A stretch of DNA of 62,323 bases, the filler included, from Bipalium vagum (lineage: Eukaryota): NCBI GenBank assembly GCA_037834085.1. It is 3 parts of 3 records of this genome, joined end to end, with 100 filler letters (N's around TTAATTAATTAA, not from the genome) between each part and the next. Parts side by side here need not be neighbours in the genome. Positions count along the whole stretch, not along the records: positions 1 to 28,112 come from JBBMKC010067591.1; positions 28,213 to 46,407 come from JBBMKC010037201.1; 1 more part is not named here. The stretch is one strand, 5' to 3'. Shown one piece after another: positions 14,430-28,577 of the stretch. Positions within the stretch are counted from its first letter, which is position 1. Every line of letters begins with the position of its first letter. The position numbers and the translations under genes are program-made. The notes under the pieces are model-generated. The model was not told the DNA's origin. It ran no database searches and was given only the letters and a program-made list of their open reading frames with translations.

Positions 14430-15090
14430 ATATATCCGGGTATTTAGTGATAAAACACCTTTTTAATGACTTGAATAGTTTAATTGGATTTATCATCAAA
14501 ACCATTAGTGTCACAATAAAGATACATAATTATTTTATTCAAATAAGACGACATCAAATTAAAAAAAACTATAATTTGTGTTCAAAGAATCCACCGTTGC
14601 TTTCAGGAACACTCTTCATTGACCAATATCTGCATCTATAATTAGATGATCCAGTTTTTCGTATACATTGACAATTCGCTCACGAAGATCCTCTATGTTG
14701 TTGATTTGTTATATGTAAACCATCTCCTGCATTAATCCCTATATCTTATAATCCACAGGATTCTGGTGTAGACCATTTGGTGGCCATATATTTGAAAGTA
14801 TGAAATCAGAGGTTTCTTCTTACAGTGCTGAGCTGGTGCACCATCCTGTTGGAATATGTTATAATCAAAATAATGTAGAAAATAAGGTAGCAATTTTCCA
14901 ACAATAATGATTTCCGATATTTATATTCTATGATCATTGGAAGTGGTCACATAAATTTTAAAAATATAATTCATTATTATTGATTAGTTCAACTCTTAGA
15001 GAATTTTAATAAAAATCAGATAATGTACTTCAAATAATAAGAATATGTTTAATATATTTTATTTTAACATTTCCTGTATAACGTACTGTA
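14430..15090 (-). mobile_element. Decayed DD37D (maT)-like Tc1/mariner remnant
   Basis: Reads IFQQDGAPA, ETSDFILSNIWPPNGLHQNPVDYKI*GLMQEMVY...LRERIV...LDHLIID and NGGFFEHKL, matching the WPPNSPDLNPVDY-type C-terminus. Confidence 0.8.
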
Positions 15091-15923
15091 TATATATATA
15101 TATAATAAAATTTAACTAAAATAAAATGAACGATTTTCCAAATAAATGCCATGGATATGATCTTTCTGAAAAATAAAATTATATTTTATATTAGGTTTTC
15201 ACTGAAGAAATCAATATCCGTTCCCAATTAAAAAGCTAAACATTTTTGATTATGGAGTCTTGTTATGTATCACGTTAAATATTTTCCTTTCAATATTTCT
15301 CCTATAATATAATATAATATAATATAATATAATACGATAGAAATAATGAAAAAGTATAATTCAGAATTCGTTAAGCGAGCCTTATTCATTAGATTCAATC
15401 CCAGTATCTTATTACCATAATTACGATAAAAGACTTCTCGAAAACTAATTATCAGTTTTCCCACATCAGAAAGGCGTCAAGTCCCTTGGTGATCTTAACA
15501 TTGGAAAATACATCATCATGGAATATTATAGCAAAATTTTTCAACATATTTTTATGATAATTTGACTTTTACAGACTTATCCACAGGGAAGAGCGGTGTC
15601 GTTTGTTTTATTTGGCATTGGAAAATAATCAATATTTCAGTAATAGTATTAAATATTTATTTGCACTTCTTATTTTATTTATAATTTTTATTTATTTATT
15701 GTGATCTTTTTGTAATCATTTACGAAAATCTTTGGTTATTCTAAAAAAAACATTTGGCTTAATAAACTTTTTTTGTGATGTAATTATTTTTTTATGAAAA
15801 TAATGAAAATATAAAATATAAAAGAAGAATTTTATTAATATTGATATTATATTTGATAATAATAAAAATTATTTAAACAACTCTTTCAAAATGAGGTTAT
15901 TTACAAATTTGAACCAACTTTAT

Positions 15924-17104
15924 TAGTAGGGTGTGTGATGAGTAATGTTATCTTCTTATAAGATAGTTAAAAGCGAAATAAAAGCAAGAAAAGTTTATTA
16001 GTTCTCAAAAGAAAAGACCATTACCTTCAATGATCTTAAGCCATCTGTCCATCAGCTGTTCCATTCCATGATGGTATAAAAAAGTCTCGACACCTCGTTT
16101 CCACCTTGTCAAAGTTATTGCATGGTAAATCCTTTGAGGAAATGTGCCACTGCTCGAAAAATCCGATGTCTCAAGATCCGGACTGTACGCTGGATGTGGT
16201 AATAGCTCAAAAGATTATAAATCAATGAATTTTTGCATTGTTTTCTTCGCAGTGTGTGGTTTGGCGTTGTCTTGTTGCAGGAGCACTTGCTTTCTATTTA
16301 CTAATCAAATATTTTTCTAATGTAATTTTTGATCTTTTTACGTATAAAAGTCTGAATCTACGGTCATGCTGTTTAAAACTAATTCAAAGTGGATGAACCC
16401 TTCAAAATTCAACTAAAAACGTAATAGAGCCATTTTTAAGTTCCGTTCTCATTTTAGACATGGATAAACTGATTTGCCTAACTTAAACCATTGATTCCTT
16501 TATCAGGATTGGTGGAGTAGATTTATTTTTCACCTGAAGCAGTTTTTACCTGTTTCGCTTTACCTGACGTTGTATTAACTTACAAGGTACGTCTCAGAAG
16601 AACTTTGCCAATCAATTTCAGATGTCGGATAACTTTTCTCTGTGCAACAAACAATTCAGCAGACAATAATCGAGTAATAGTCAACATTTTAGCTTTAACG
16701 GATTTACGTAGCGCTTCACAATTCATTTCGTCAGGTTTACCGGAAAGCGGTTTATCTTGAAGTTCGTTCTCACCATTAATACATTTTTAGTGCCAACTTT
16801 TACACATATGAGTGATGACACAACCCTCATCTTCCACATCGAAATTTTTTTGACCTCTGCAATTGCACTGAAATTTTGTTTCCAATAATGTTCAGAGTAC
16901 AAAATTTCAATTTTTTTCATACTTTTTATAAGTAAAATATTAAATTGCATTTATTAAACATAAATTCATTTACGTTTTTATAGAATATAAAATTACTTAC
17001 AATATGGTTTTTTAATCAATTGATTCAAATTCTTTTATCTATATAATTAATTATTTTGAAATAAATAAACAAAAATACTACATTACTTATGAATCACCAT
17101 AATA
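15924..17104 (-). mobile_element. Near full-length decayed mariner with degenerate TIRs
   Basis: Reads VLLQQDNAKPHTAKKT and ELLPHPAYSPDLETSDF. Imperfect terminal inverted repeats: TAGTAGGGTGTGTGATGAGTAATGT versus the reverse complement TATTATGGTGATTCATAAGTAATGT. Confidence 0.82.
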
Positions 17105-18620
17105 GGTTGTTGGGAAATTCGTGTCGTATTTTCACAAAATTTTAAAAAGTTATTTTTTAAAGTCCTGAATTTGAAATTATTTTATCGATATATTATTCAT
17201 CAGCTAATATAAATCTATTGATTATTAAAAATTTTGTTGTTTTAATATTCACATATTTATATTTTTAGACAAGTTTCACAATTTCTTTTCGGAAAGGGAA
17301 AAATATGAACTTATTTTTATATGTTTTATTAATTAATTTGTTTTATTAACTAATTATTACATTTATAATTTTTAATTTATCTAAGAATTATTATTTACTA
17401 AATTAGTAATAATAATTATTCTTTTATTTACTAAATAATCGAATAAATATTTAATTTTATAAATATTTGTTTTTTTTATAATTAAAAAATAAAAATTTTC
17501 TCTCTTCAAAAAAATTATAAATTAATTTTTTCTTGCCGTAATTCAATTTACTGGGCAAAATAAAAGGTGGACAATTAACAGCTTGGAAAATGTATGACCA
17601 TCTCCTTAGAAATCGATGTAAAGCTACCATTTCAAGTTAAATGTCAAGTTTTCTGTCCTTTTCTAAAAAATTAGCAATATTCGAGAATTTATTTTATATT
17701 TTTCATAAAAGAAAGCATTTCCCCAAATATAATATCAATGATTCTAAGGGCAAAATGCAGAAAGTATCGAAAATATTTTTGAAAAGAAATTATCCAGAGG
17801 GAAAAGTCACGGCTTATCTTTTGTAAAATCAGAAATTATTCAAATTTAAATTCATTTTAACAAAATGTCAAATTAAAAAATAATGATTTATAATTATCTT
17901 TTTTACTTTTTTCATGGAAACGGTGCGAGAGAAAAACCTTGATTAATACCAATAAAAATTTTTTTTCTCAAATTTAAAATAAATTTTACAAAATGAAAAA
18001 AAATGTAAAAAATCTTCGATACAACTTTTAATTTAATGTTAAATAAATATTTTGCAATAAATTATTGGATTAAATTTAATTTTTCACAATACGGTGCTGA
18101 TGGAATATGAAAGAATTTATAAGAAGAATTTATTTTATTTTATATTTTAATTAGTAAAATGAGAACTTAACACCGAAAGAGCATTGAGAGATTTTATTAA
18201 AATTTTAATTTAATGTCCGGATATTATATAATATTATTGAAAAAAAATGACATATTTTTGTTTGTTTAAATGAAATCGTTTTATTTGAATTGATTTTTAC
18301 CAGTAGAAAATACAATGATAATAATCAAATTTTGATGTAGAATTTGCTTTATTTTATGGTATTTATATTTTCTTCTTTAATCAGATCTGACTTAATAAAA
18401 TTACATTGTGAACTCATTTATTGTTGACCCCTTCAAATATTTCAAAAATATGCTTAACTAAATATATTAAAAAATATATATTAACTAAATATTATAATAT
18501 TAAATTGAATATATTTTTTGTTAAATTATTTATATTTTCTTTCTTAGATTGAGAAAATAATGCTATCGCTTTTCTATACAAAAATTTTAAAGCAAAAATA
18601 TATTAATAGGTCGATTAATA

Positions 18621-19887
18621 AAGATTGGCCCATATATAGATGCCGCCACTTCTAACAAATAGGCTACATAGTAACTAAAACAAAGAAATTTTTGAAATCG
18701 TATTATATTGATCTCTTTATTGAATAATTTATTTAGTGATAATCCTTTAGATGAAGAGACAGAAACACGAATTTAACGCCAAGGAAATTATTGCTTTTTT
18801 CCAGGAAAATTCACAAAATAAACTGGCTACGGTTAATCACTTTCGGCAGCAAAATAATAAAGAGAGAACAATCCGGAATGTGATATCACGCTTTATGAAG
18901 ACTGGAGTAACAGATTACAAGACAATACCAGGTCGTAAACCAGTTATGAACACTCCCAGAACCCAAAGAAAAGTGTTGAAGAACGCGAAAAACAACAGAT
19001 CACTGTCAGAGCGCATGTCATCAAAGCAGTTGCATCTAAGTCGTAGTAACTATCAGACAGTGAAAGAAGCGGTGGATTGCGTAGCGGAAAGAATCAGAGG
19101 AAGCCTAGGTATAATAAAAGTCAGATACAGCGTTGAATTAAGTGGTCAGCTGAGCTTTACAAAGATAGTCTTCCAAGTGGCCACATGTGTGCCACTAGAT
19201 CCGACACAACTGCCTGAAACCAATATTTTTTGTCGGATGATGAAGCGGAGACACCAGTTGAAGAGCGTGTAGTTCAAACTGGTAAATTTGAAAAAAGGTT
19301 TATGATCTGGCAAGCGTTGGCAGAAGATGGGTCTTTTTCAGAGCCGTTTGTGACTAATGGTACTGTTAATGATGAAATTTATCTAAAAGAATGTATTGAA
19401 AAGCTTCTTTTGCCGTTTTTACAAATGTTGGATGTCCAAAGGCCAATTTTATTTTGGCCTGATCTGGCAACTTTTCATTATTGTAACAATGTGACGGTCA
19501 AACTCGGGGAAGAGGGCGTCAACTTTGTTTCTAAAGAACAGAACCCACTGAATGTGCCACAGTTACGCCCAATTGAAAACTTTTGGCGACTTTGTAAGCA
19601 CAGATATCACATGTTGAATAAACCAGTTGACAGTATACCAAAAATGAAACGAATCTGGACACGCATCTCTAAGGAAATTGCAGCTGAGTCTGGAAAAACC
19701 TTGTTTAAACACTTTCGACAAAAATTACGCACTTATTCCAAAAAAGGACCACTTTCTGTTTATATTTTGTATAAAAATTTTCTTCAATATATATGTTATT
19801 CTTTCTAAAAGTTTACTTATGTTTATCTTTGCTGGTTTACCAAATGTAGAGGTTTGACTGCGCGGTATCTATATATGGACCACCCTA
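18621..19887 (+). mobile_element. DD37E (ITmD37E-type) IS630-Tc1-mariner DNA transposon, near full length, inactivated
   Basis: TIR pair TGG(C/T)CCATATATAGAT(G/A)CCGC at 18626-18646 and 19862-19882. Transposase is split over ORFs 18751-19272 and 19230-19808. FWPDLATFHY...NVPQLRPIENFW has exactly 37 residues between D and E. Confidence 0.92.
18751..19808 (+). pseudogene. DD37E transposase pseudogene
   Basis: HTH N-terminus with a GRKP motif, at least two frameshifts and a stop. The first catalytic Asp block (xMDDETY) appears deleted just before TCVPLDPTQLP. Confidence 0.88.
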
Positions 19888-19959
19888 TATTCTTATAATT
19901 ATTGATTTACAATGCTTTGATAAATAAACCTTTTTTATATTTATATATAATATTTTATT

Positions 19960-20402
19960 ACAAAACGCAAACGTTGACATTGAAAACTGGAGCAAAAAAC
20001 CATAAGAAATGATTAATCGTAACCATCCTTTACTTTAGCACGAATAAACTCAGTTGCAAAATGAGATATACAGAATTACAGAAGGCGGTTCAGAAACTAT
20101 ATCTCGCCCATCTTACCTACCAGACATATGCCCCATAGATTATAATCTATTCTTATCCCATGATAATTTCTTACGAAATAAGAATTTCAGAAATCAAGAT
20201 GATCTTCAACATTTATTTTCTTTTTTCGACTCCTGTAAACCGTGCTTTTTTACAGATTGTATTAAGAAACTCTTAAACGTTGGTAAAGTGTTGTTAAAAT
20301 CAATAGTTATTATTTTAATTAATAAAATATTTTTCATGGTAATTTATCGACTTCATTTGAAATATATAAAAAAGCGATAATATTTTCCCTCAAACCAAGA
20401 TA
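19960..20402 (+). mobile_element. Mariner 3' remnant
   Basis: Reads RPSYLPDICPIDYNLFLSHDNFLRNKNFRN (cf. [21 protein letters not shown]) and ends in a TIR-like tail. Confidence 0.8.
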
Positions 20403-21549
20403 AGTTTACATAAGTTATGGAAAACAAGATTTCGAATAAATTAATTATTTTTTTGATTAATTTTGGATGGTTTTTACTTATCCCAATGAATAAAAAATAA
20501 TAGTTTGCATTATTAAAGATTCAATTATTTTTTTAATTATCTTTGTAGAGTTTCATTTGGTTCTGTGCTGTCGGGACTAGTGTTTAATTTCTTTAAAATT
20601 TGAAAATTTTATTTATGATTTGAAAGTTTTTATTTTAATATCTTTTACACTTTTGAGAATATTTTTTAACCTGTTGTATCAAAGCAAAGAAAATAAAGGT
20701 GTTATCTATCACTTTTGTATGAAAATATATTCTATTTAAATCCATATATTTTTTTAGAAAGTAGATCGAAGATATTTTAGATGTATGAATCTAGCTTTGA
20801 AAATTGATTTAATTCGATGTTATTATGCAATGGAAAAACACATAAAAGTGCTGTTAGGGAAATCAAATATTAATTAAAAACACATACATCTGTTCTGAAT
20901 TATTTAAACTTGTAAAAATGTTTGAGAAAACTGGAAGACACGAAAAATTACTATAATACATTTACCGCATATGTTTTTGTCATTAATAATTTATTTATCC
21001 ATTTTATTTCTCCTTTAATTTTCCTTTTCTTTTGATATAACCGGTATTATAACTATTTTTATAACAATATTTGCTAACCGAATAATAAATGTTTATGTAG
21101 TTTTCCAATTTAATCGATCTATTTCGTACTTTTCTAGTGGTTATTTTTGTGATGCTTATAATTGAAGAACGCCATAGAGAAAAGCCATATTATTTTATAT
21201 TTTTAGAGATATTTATTTTTCAAATAAACACTTTACCAAATTAACACGACATCTGTTCACATATCTATTTTTCGAAATTTTTTTTCAGTTCTCCATCAAT
21301 CAATAACATAATTTTGATATTTACATTTTAATTTGGTAAATGAAGGTACTTATAAATTTTACTATTTTTCTATTGGAGAAAATATTTTTTTAAAATAATT
21401 TCGAAAAACATTAACAATTCATTGAATTTTATCCTCTACAATTTGTAACTTAATATTTGGTTGCCTTTGATTAATGATGATTAGCAGATCATTCGTTCTT
21501 CAATTTTGTCAAAATATTCATAATAATAATACTGAATTCTTAAACCTTG

Positions 21550-22150
21550 CCTTTTCTATTAATAAGAGATCCGATACTTTGTTGGTTCCGCTTGGTTGTA
21601 AATGTTTCATAATTCATGTTCTGAGATGACGCTGTCTCCTATGTATTGATTATTATATCCATGACATTTAAATTGACATACGATATTTTAGAGATGTGTA
21701 TAAAACATACATCATTATTGCATTGATACATTCAACAACAATCTAAAAATAGGTCTTTCGAGGTCTTACGGCAAATTTCTAGAAAAAACGTTATAAGTTT
21801 AATCAAATAGCCAAACCAGAAGGTAGGTATTAAACGAATAAAAAATTAAAATAGTATAAATAATTTTCCATAAATCACACTGCCGAAAGGTCTCTTTTTG
21901 AACACAGATGAGCCATAACCAAAATTACTCCTGAAACTAATTTCTTCATTTCACAGTCAAGAGTTTTGATAATCAAATTATTTCTTTAGATTTTTCAATA
22001 CTCCTTTCAGTTTTATTTAACAAACCCTTTTCACTTTTAATCAATTTTTAAGGAAAAAAAATTTGCTTATCAAAAAACGTTTAAAGTAAAGCAATTGAAA
22101 TTGTATACTTGTCCTTTTCTTTTCTTGTGAACGTTTACTTTTGTGATATT
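21550..22150 (-). mobile_element. Highly decayed Tc1-like remnant
   Basis: C-terminal IYNQAEPTKY-like (cf. VIKAKGGPTKY) and QCNN-like (cf. QQDN) fragments. Weak. Confidence 0.35.
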
Positions 22151-22929
22151 AAATTATCTTTGTAATTTTCACAAGGAAATCTCCACAGAAGAAGTAGGAG
22201 AAATTAATATTATCTTTAGTATATATATTTATGTTTAATTGAATTTTATTAAGTATTTTAAAAACTATTGCAACTAAAAGGAAAATGGAAAAATTGAGAT
22301 ATCCGATATTCTGTTCTACCCTCTTCGAAAACGAATGAGATATTCTACTTCGATATTTCTTCTTAATTTCTAATGATAGGATTTGTCTTTTTGAAAAAAA
22401 ATTATATTATAAATATAATTATTTATATTGCATTATATTATATATAGCAGAGGGAAATATCGGTGTTGCGGGCAAAGCTCCGAAACATATATATATCTAC
22501 AAAATTATATTTCGTGACTGTTTCACTGTTAGCAGGCTTTCGCTTTGAATTGTAGAAATAAAGAAAGAAATTAAAAAATATTAAATTTGTGAATTAATTA
22601 TTTTAAATTTTAAAATGATAGAAAATGATGTTAGCAACAGCGTCCTCTGGTCAGACATGAGATGCAAAATTTTCATAAATCCAAAGAATTCGCAATTCGT
22701 TTTTTCTGCATTTTAATTTTTTTTTAATATTTAAAATATTTTTTAATATTTACCTTAAATCGTACGAATTGTGCAGTCCAATCAAATCGGAATAAATCAA
22801 GCTTAAATGCATTAAATAAAAGAGTACTAAAATACAAGGTCTGTAAATTAGGTAATGAAACTGATTTTTTTTCTGCCAAGCTGGCAACACTGTAGCTCAG
22901 AGAAGTAATCATAAAGTTAGCGAAAGAGC

Positions 22930-23402
22930 TTATCAATATTGAGTATTAATTTCATCAATCTATTTTTGTCATGTGACAGAGGGTCATCAGTCTACTTTCT
23001 GGTTTGCGTTTCAAAAAATGAGTGAGAATAATAACGAACAGCTTTAATCAATCAAATGTTGTGTTAAACTTGGTGAAACTGCTACTGAAACCTTTGAAAA
23101 ACTGAAGAGAGGTTATGGTGAAGAATCGTTGTCAACATATCAAGATTTTAGATGTTATAAAGCCTTTTTAAATGGACGAAAATCTGTTCAGGATGACCCT
23201 CGCTCTGGAAAATCGTTAACATCAAAAACTAATAAAAATTTTGAAGAAATCATAGATTGGCGATTAACTACAAGAATGATTGCAGAAGAAATGGAGTTGA
23301 ACCATATCACGGTACATCACGTTCAGATAGAAGAATAAAACATGAGAAAGGTTTGTGCAAAATTGGTTCTATGAAATCTTACTGTTCAACAGAAATACAA
23401 GA
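22930..23402 (+). mobile_element. Mariner (irritans-type) 5' remnant
   Basis: Reads IKCCVKLGETATETFEKLKRGYGEESLS...AFLNGRKSVQDDPRSGKS...MRKVCAKLV. Confidence 0.85.
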
Positions 23403-25459
23403 GAATTATTTTAATTAAATTTAATTATCTTATAATTTATATTATATTAAATTAATTTTGTTACCAATTTTCTGTTTTCAAATATTTATCCGGAACAATC
23501 CTTCGCAATAAAATTATCATTAAGCATTATTCTCCAAATAATTCACTTCTCCGACTATTATAATAAATAAATAAATAATAAATTTATAAATACCCGCCAG
23601 ACATTTTTTATCTTATTTTTATTAATAAAGATAAATTTTAGATAATTACCGAACATGGAACTTTCCATTTATTTGGCTATTAATCTTATCTGAAAAAATG
23701 ATGATGAATTTATTTTTTTTAATTCAAAAATTAAACGAATTTTCGTTTATTTTATTTGGAGCATAAATTAATATTTATGTAACCATATGGAGATTTTTGT
23801 TAATTTAATTAAAACAAAAAATCACAAATTCCTTTTTATCAATTAGACTGACTCGGGTTGAATTGTATTATTTTCTAAATTTGAAATGAATTAGAATGAA
23901 ATCAGTAAAGAATGATATTTTTTATCAGTTTTTCCAGAAGACAAATTGCTGGTCTTTGAAGTGAAATAAAAATTGATTTTTACATTCTTATTCATAACAA
24001 ACAATTACAAAATTTATTTGTTTTAATGAATGACAACAGACAATCAACTAAATTAGTTATGGCTTTTTTATTGTTTTTCTTTTTTTTATTTATTATAGCA
24101 CTTGGGTTACAACAAAACTTTCAATGTTATCATTATTAGCAAACAAATATTGAGATATTTTATAATAAAGTAAAAATTGTTATAATTAACTGCATATTTT
24201 AAATAATACTTTTTATCAAGATCATTTTTTAAGATTCACTTTTATTTTAGTCAGTCTTAAATTTTTTAGTTCTAATATTTTCTTCTTTATCCTAAAATTT
24301 TTAAGATTATACTACTAATTATTTATATATAATTACATATACTACTGATTACTTATACTACTTATAAATATTATAAATTTCATTCATTGTATATTATTTT
24401 CTATTAAAACAAATAAAACAAAAACCGAATGTCTGTTGAGAAAATTAGTAAATAACTCATTACCGTACTTCTAATTTGTGGTTATTAAAATTATATCTTT
24501 ATAATACTCACACTATCTTTCACATTTTTGAAATGCTCGCACATGAATTTGTTATAAAATAAACAAATCACAACTCTTTGTTATTTTGTTTAGTGTAATT
24601 CTCAAAATAATAATAAATAACATTATTATTCTTATTATCAAGATTCTTTAAATTGTAGAGCTAAAATAAATTAGGTGACAGGTCTTACCTTGTGAAGGTT
24701 GATATTGTTTGATTACAAATTTAAATAAATAAAACCTCATTTAATTGTCATGACAAATAGTTACAATTAAGGGATCATCCTTCTTGATAAAAATGTTTAA
24801 ATTGTTTTTATATTTATTCAGGTTAATAATAAAAATCCTCTCGATGTCAGACTCAGAGGTCATCGGTGAAGAAAAAAAATTATCTCGCTGCCCTACTTAA
24901 CGTGTGAAACAATAAACAAAAAAATAAAAAGTATAAAGTAATAGAAAAAAATTAACTTGATCTTCAGGTACCAGCTTGAGCCTTTAATTAGTTATTTATG
25001 TTAAACTTTGTTTTGATTTCGAAACAAAAATTTTCAATCAATATTAAATATAAAATAATGTTATTCAATAATCAAATCAATTTTGGTTTTTGTACAAAAA
25101 AAGTTGCTTTTATTTAAGAAATACAAATTTATTACTTTAATATGCATAAAATGGCTGATTTCTTCTTTTTTGTTTCTTTCTTCTTGCTTTAAAAAGAATT
25201 TTTGTTGCGGGTCTTCTGATAGAGAAAAGTACAACTTATGGATCTGATAACAAATAAAAATTTCCTCTCATTGCTGGTTCAATATAATTTGCTGGTTTTT
25301 GATTGTCAATCAAACTACTTTATAATAATATAATAATATTTATAATTTAGATTTGTTTTAAAACAAATATAACTGATTTATAAATGTATATTTAATTTTA
25401 TGTTATCAAGGACGATTTGACATTATAACATAAAAGAATCACTAATTTAAAAGTTAGAG

Positions 25460-26244
25460 TGAGCAGCTCTTGAATGGTTTTGTCAATTTCGCGGTGGCAA
25501 CTTCGATGTCACAGATGCACCTCGTTCTGGAAGACCAACATCAAATACAGACGTCAAAATCCAGGAAATAATTGAGAGGATCGTCATATAAACCGTTATG
25601 ACATTGCAGAATTTCAAAAAAATATATTAAAACATTTGGAAAAGCTCGGATATAAAAAGAAGCTCGATATTTAAGAGCCCCATAATTTATCGGAATAAAA
25701 GTTAAGTGTTCAAATTTCCATCTGTAAACATTTATTGAAACTTCATGAAATGGAACCATTTCTTAAACGGTTGATAATCAGTAATGAAAATGGATAAGAT
25801 ATGACAATAATGTAAGGACAAGTTTCGGGTCAAAAAGCGGTAAAACTCCACAAACGACTGCAAATGATATCATTATGTTTCATGATGACAACTCTCAAGC
25901 ACCTACATCTCTCATAACTCAGAACTTGGTTGAGAAGTTATGATGTACCCACTTTATAGTCCCGATCTGATACCATTGAACTTCTACTTGTTCGATTCTC
26001 TACAAAACTTTCTCACTGGAGTTACATTGGGTTCAAATGAAGACGGTGAAAAGTACATTGTGCAGTTTTTCAATCAGAAATCTTCGAAATTTTAAAGTTA
26101 TATAATTATGCTTTTATTCGATAAATGGAGAAAGGTTGTAGAACAAAAAGAAACATATTTGATTTAACAAATTTTATTTGTCATGTGAAAAAAAAATTGT
26201 TTTTATTTAAAAATCGGTGGAAACTTCTTAGGTCACCCAATATA
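25460..26244 (+). mobile_element. Decayed mariner element
   Basis: Reads WFCQFRGGNFDVTDAPRSGRPT, MFHDDNS and YPLYSPDLIP; 3' TIR-like end GGAAACTTCTTAGGTCACCCAATATA. Confidence 0.82.
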
Positions 26245-27399
26245 AGGGCATCAATAGGAATCAAAGGACATCTTTTTAAATGGCTAAATACTTTTAAAAA
26301 ACAATTTTTTCAGTAAAATTATTTTCTGATTTTTCAAAAAAAATTGAAAAAGAGACAAAACCGAAACACCCATATCACAGAACGGAAACCACTTTTAAAA
26401 ATATCACCTGAAAAATTATTTTAAAGGAAATTTTTAATTCGTAGATTAATGAAACGTTTATAATTATTAATTTTTGGAACCTTTTACATGTTTCAAAAAA
26501 CAGTTCTCATACCATAGATAAATAGAAATTTAAAAAGAATTTTTCAACACTCCAAGACATTTCAGGGCTAAAGCTCGATTACTTAACTTTTTGAAAAGTC
26601 TCGACACTCCTCCCTCCTAAACTTGTACAACCGCCGGAACAATATGCGTCAGAATTTGACGGTATTGAGCGTCTGTGATCTACATTATCCTGGTCTCAGA
26701 TGCATAACGGTAGACAACTGTGAAGAATTCCATAATTATTTCTTCGTGATCAGAGAAACAGAAATTAACCTTTACATAGCTTATATTATTAATAATATTA
26801 TTTTAAAAGATAATTAATTAAGAGAGATTTTAACATAGAACAGCTTTTGAATCCGTAAATCAATAAAATAAAAGGAAACCACCATTATTAATATGGGTTC
26901 CATTTATTAGATTAAACAGAAAGAAGGTTCTTGTCGATTTTTACGCAAAAAAACAGTAGATTTCTTAGCAAAGCTGTTAATTAATTTCAACATGTAGTTT
27001 CGATTATTTTAAAAAATGTGTCTTCATCTTTCTGGCAAGCCATCGATACCTAAATATACCTTTATAGTCTTAGAAATCAACAACGTCAATTATAAGCTAC
27101 CTTATTTTGTGAACGTTGCTCTTCAAAAGTATTTTACGAAAAACCAATTTTCCTGATTTAGTTTGAGGGAATATTTATTCATCCACTTATTTTCCTCATC
27201 ATTTAAATTTGTCAAGGTACAAAATGTGCTTTAATAATATTAGGTAACAATATTAATAATATTTTTAAGATGTTACCGATTTTGTAATTTACATTTTATC
27301 GAATAATGTATTATATTTTTCTGTACAAAACAATTTGTTTAAATATATTACTTTTGTTTATATTTAAATGTATTATAATCACATTTTTGCTAATTGTTA

Positions 27400-27700
27400 T
27401 TAGTTAAGATGACGCACAGAAAGCTGATCATTATTTCCTCTTGTCTTTATGAATTCAAATTTTGATCCAATGCATGAGAAAAGTGGAGAAAATTTTGTTT
27501 AGCATTTGGAAAAGATGCAATAAAGGAACGAATTGATCGTAATGGGTTCTAAAGTTTTATGTTAGGTAATGAGAATTTGAACGATGAACACAGATCTGGA
27601 AAACCAGTTTTCATAAGCAGTGGTGAATTTAAAAGAGTAATTGAGTCAGATTTGATATTTAAAATTATAGGTCTTTTAAAACATCTAAAAAAAAAGAACA
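27400..27700 (+). mobile_element. Mariner 5' remnant
   Basis: Reads LYEFKF...AFGKDAIKER...GNENLNDEHRSGKP. Confidence 0.7.
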
Positions 27701-28112
27701 GAGAAGTGAATCATTACAAAACGTAATTATTTTCAAATCAGTCTGATATAATAAAATAATAATAATAGTCACCAATCTTTTTTACTGATTTGTCTTAAAA
27801 GGGCATAGTTTTATACTATTGCTAAAGAAAGGGGTTTTAACTAATGAGTTTGCAGAAATGTGCAATAATTCTTTTAATCAGATCACGTTTATTCTCTCTT
27901 TCCCTGCTAGGACTGGCCAGTAACCTTATGTTTTTTGAAATTTTCCCTTGAAAAGTCAGAATAATTTATATTAATATACTCATGCTCAAAAGTGTTAGTC
28001 ATGTAGAATTTATTATGAAAAACGAAGAAATATTTATATATTTTTACAATTTACTCCTATTAATAATGTGTATGTCCCCCTTTTTTAGACGCACATTCCT
28101 GGATCCTGGTAG

Positions 28113-28212
28113 NNNNNNNNNNNNNNNNNNNNNNNNNNNNNNNNNNNNNNNNNNNNTTAATTAATTAANNNNNNNNNNNNNNNNNNNNNNNNNNNNNNNN
28201 NNNNNNNNNNNN
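28113..28212. other. Assembly gap with six-frame stop linker (44 N + TTAATTAATTAA + 44 N)
   Basis: Identical 100-nt construct recurs at 46408-46507, so it is artificial. Confidence 0.97.
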
Positions 28213-28486
28213 TAAATAGAAATACACGAAGATGATGATAAACCGGTTATTAGAAAATTATATTTATAATATAATGAATTAAAGAAAACCTAAATTTCAG
28301 CATAAATCAATATTTCCTTAATTTATTTTCAAATCAGATAACGTGAAAGAGAATTAATGGAAAACCAATTTTGGTCAATTTACTTAAAAAATAAAACTGA
28401 ATATATTTAATTGTGAAAAAATTATTAGAAATTAATATTTAATGTTAATATTAAAATATTGTCAATAGTGCTACAGTTTAACTTAC

Positions 28487-28577
28487 ATCATCAATATCTT
28501 GGTTTACTTCTTGCAGTAATACCTGGTCTTTTAGTTTTTCATAGGCTTCGTTTGATCTTCTCTTGTTCGATTCGCGT
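28487..28577 (-). CDS. SPTBN1: Beta-spectrin exon 7
   Basis: AG|A CGC GAA... encodes (R)[30 protein letters not shown] then |GTAAGT; phase fits exon 6. Confidence 0.85.

Noticed and set aside
25137-25320. About 60-codon open frame on the minus strand as a candidate downstream beta-spectrin exon
   Set aside because: No spectrin-repeat similarity and no convincing splice sites.
28157-28168. Palindromic TTAATTAATTAA island between N runs (also 46452-46463)
   Set aside because: Six-frame stop linker added during scaffolding; not biological.
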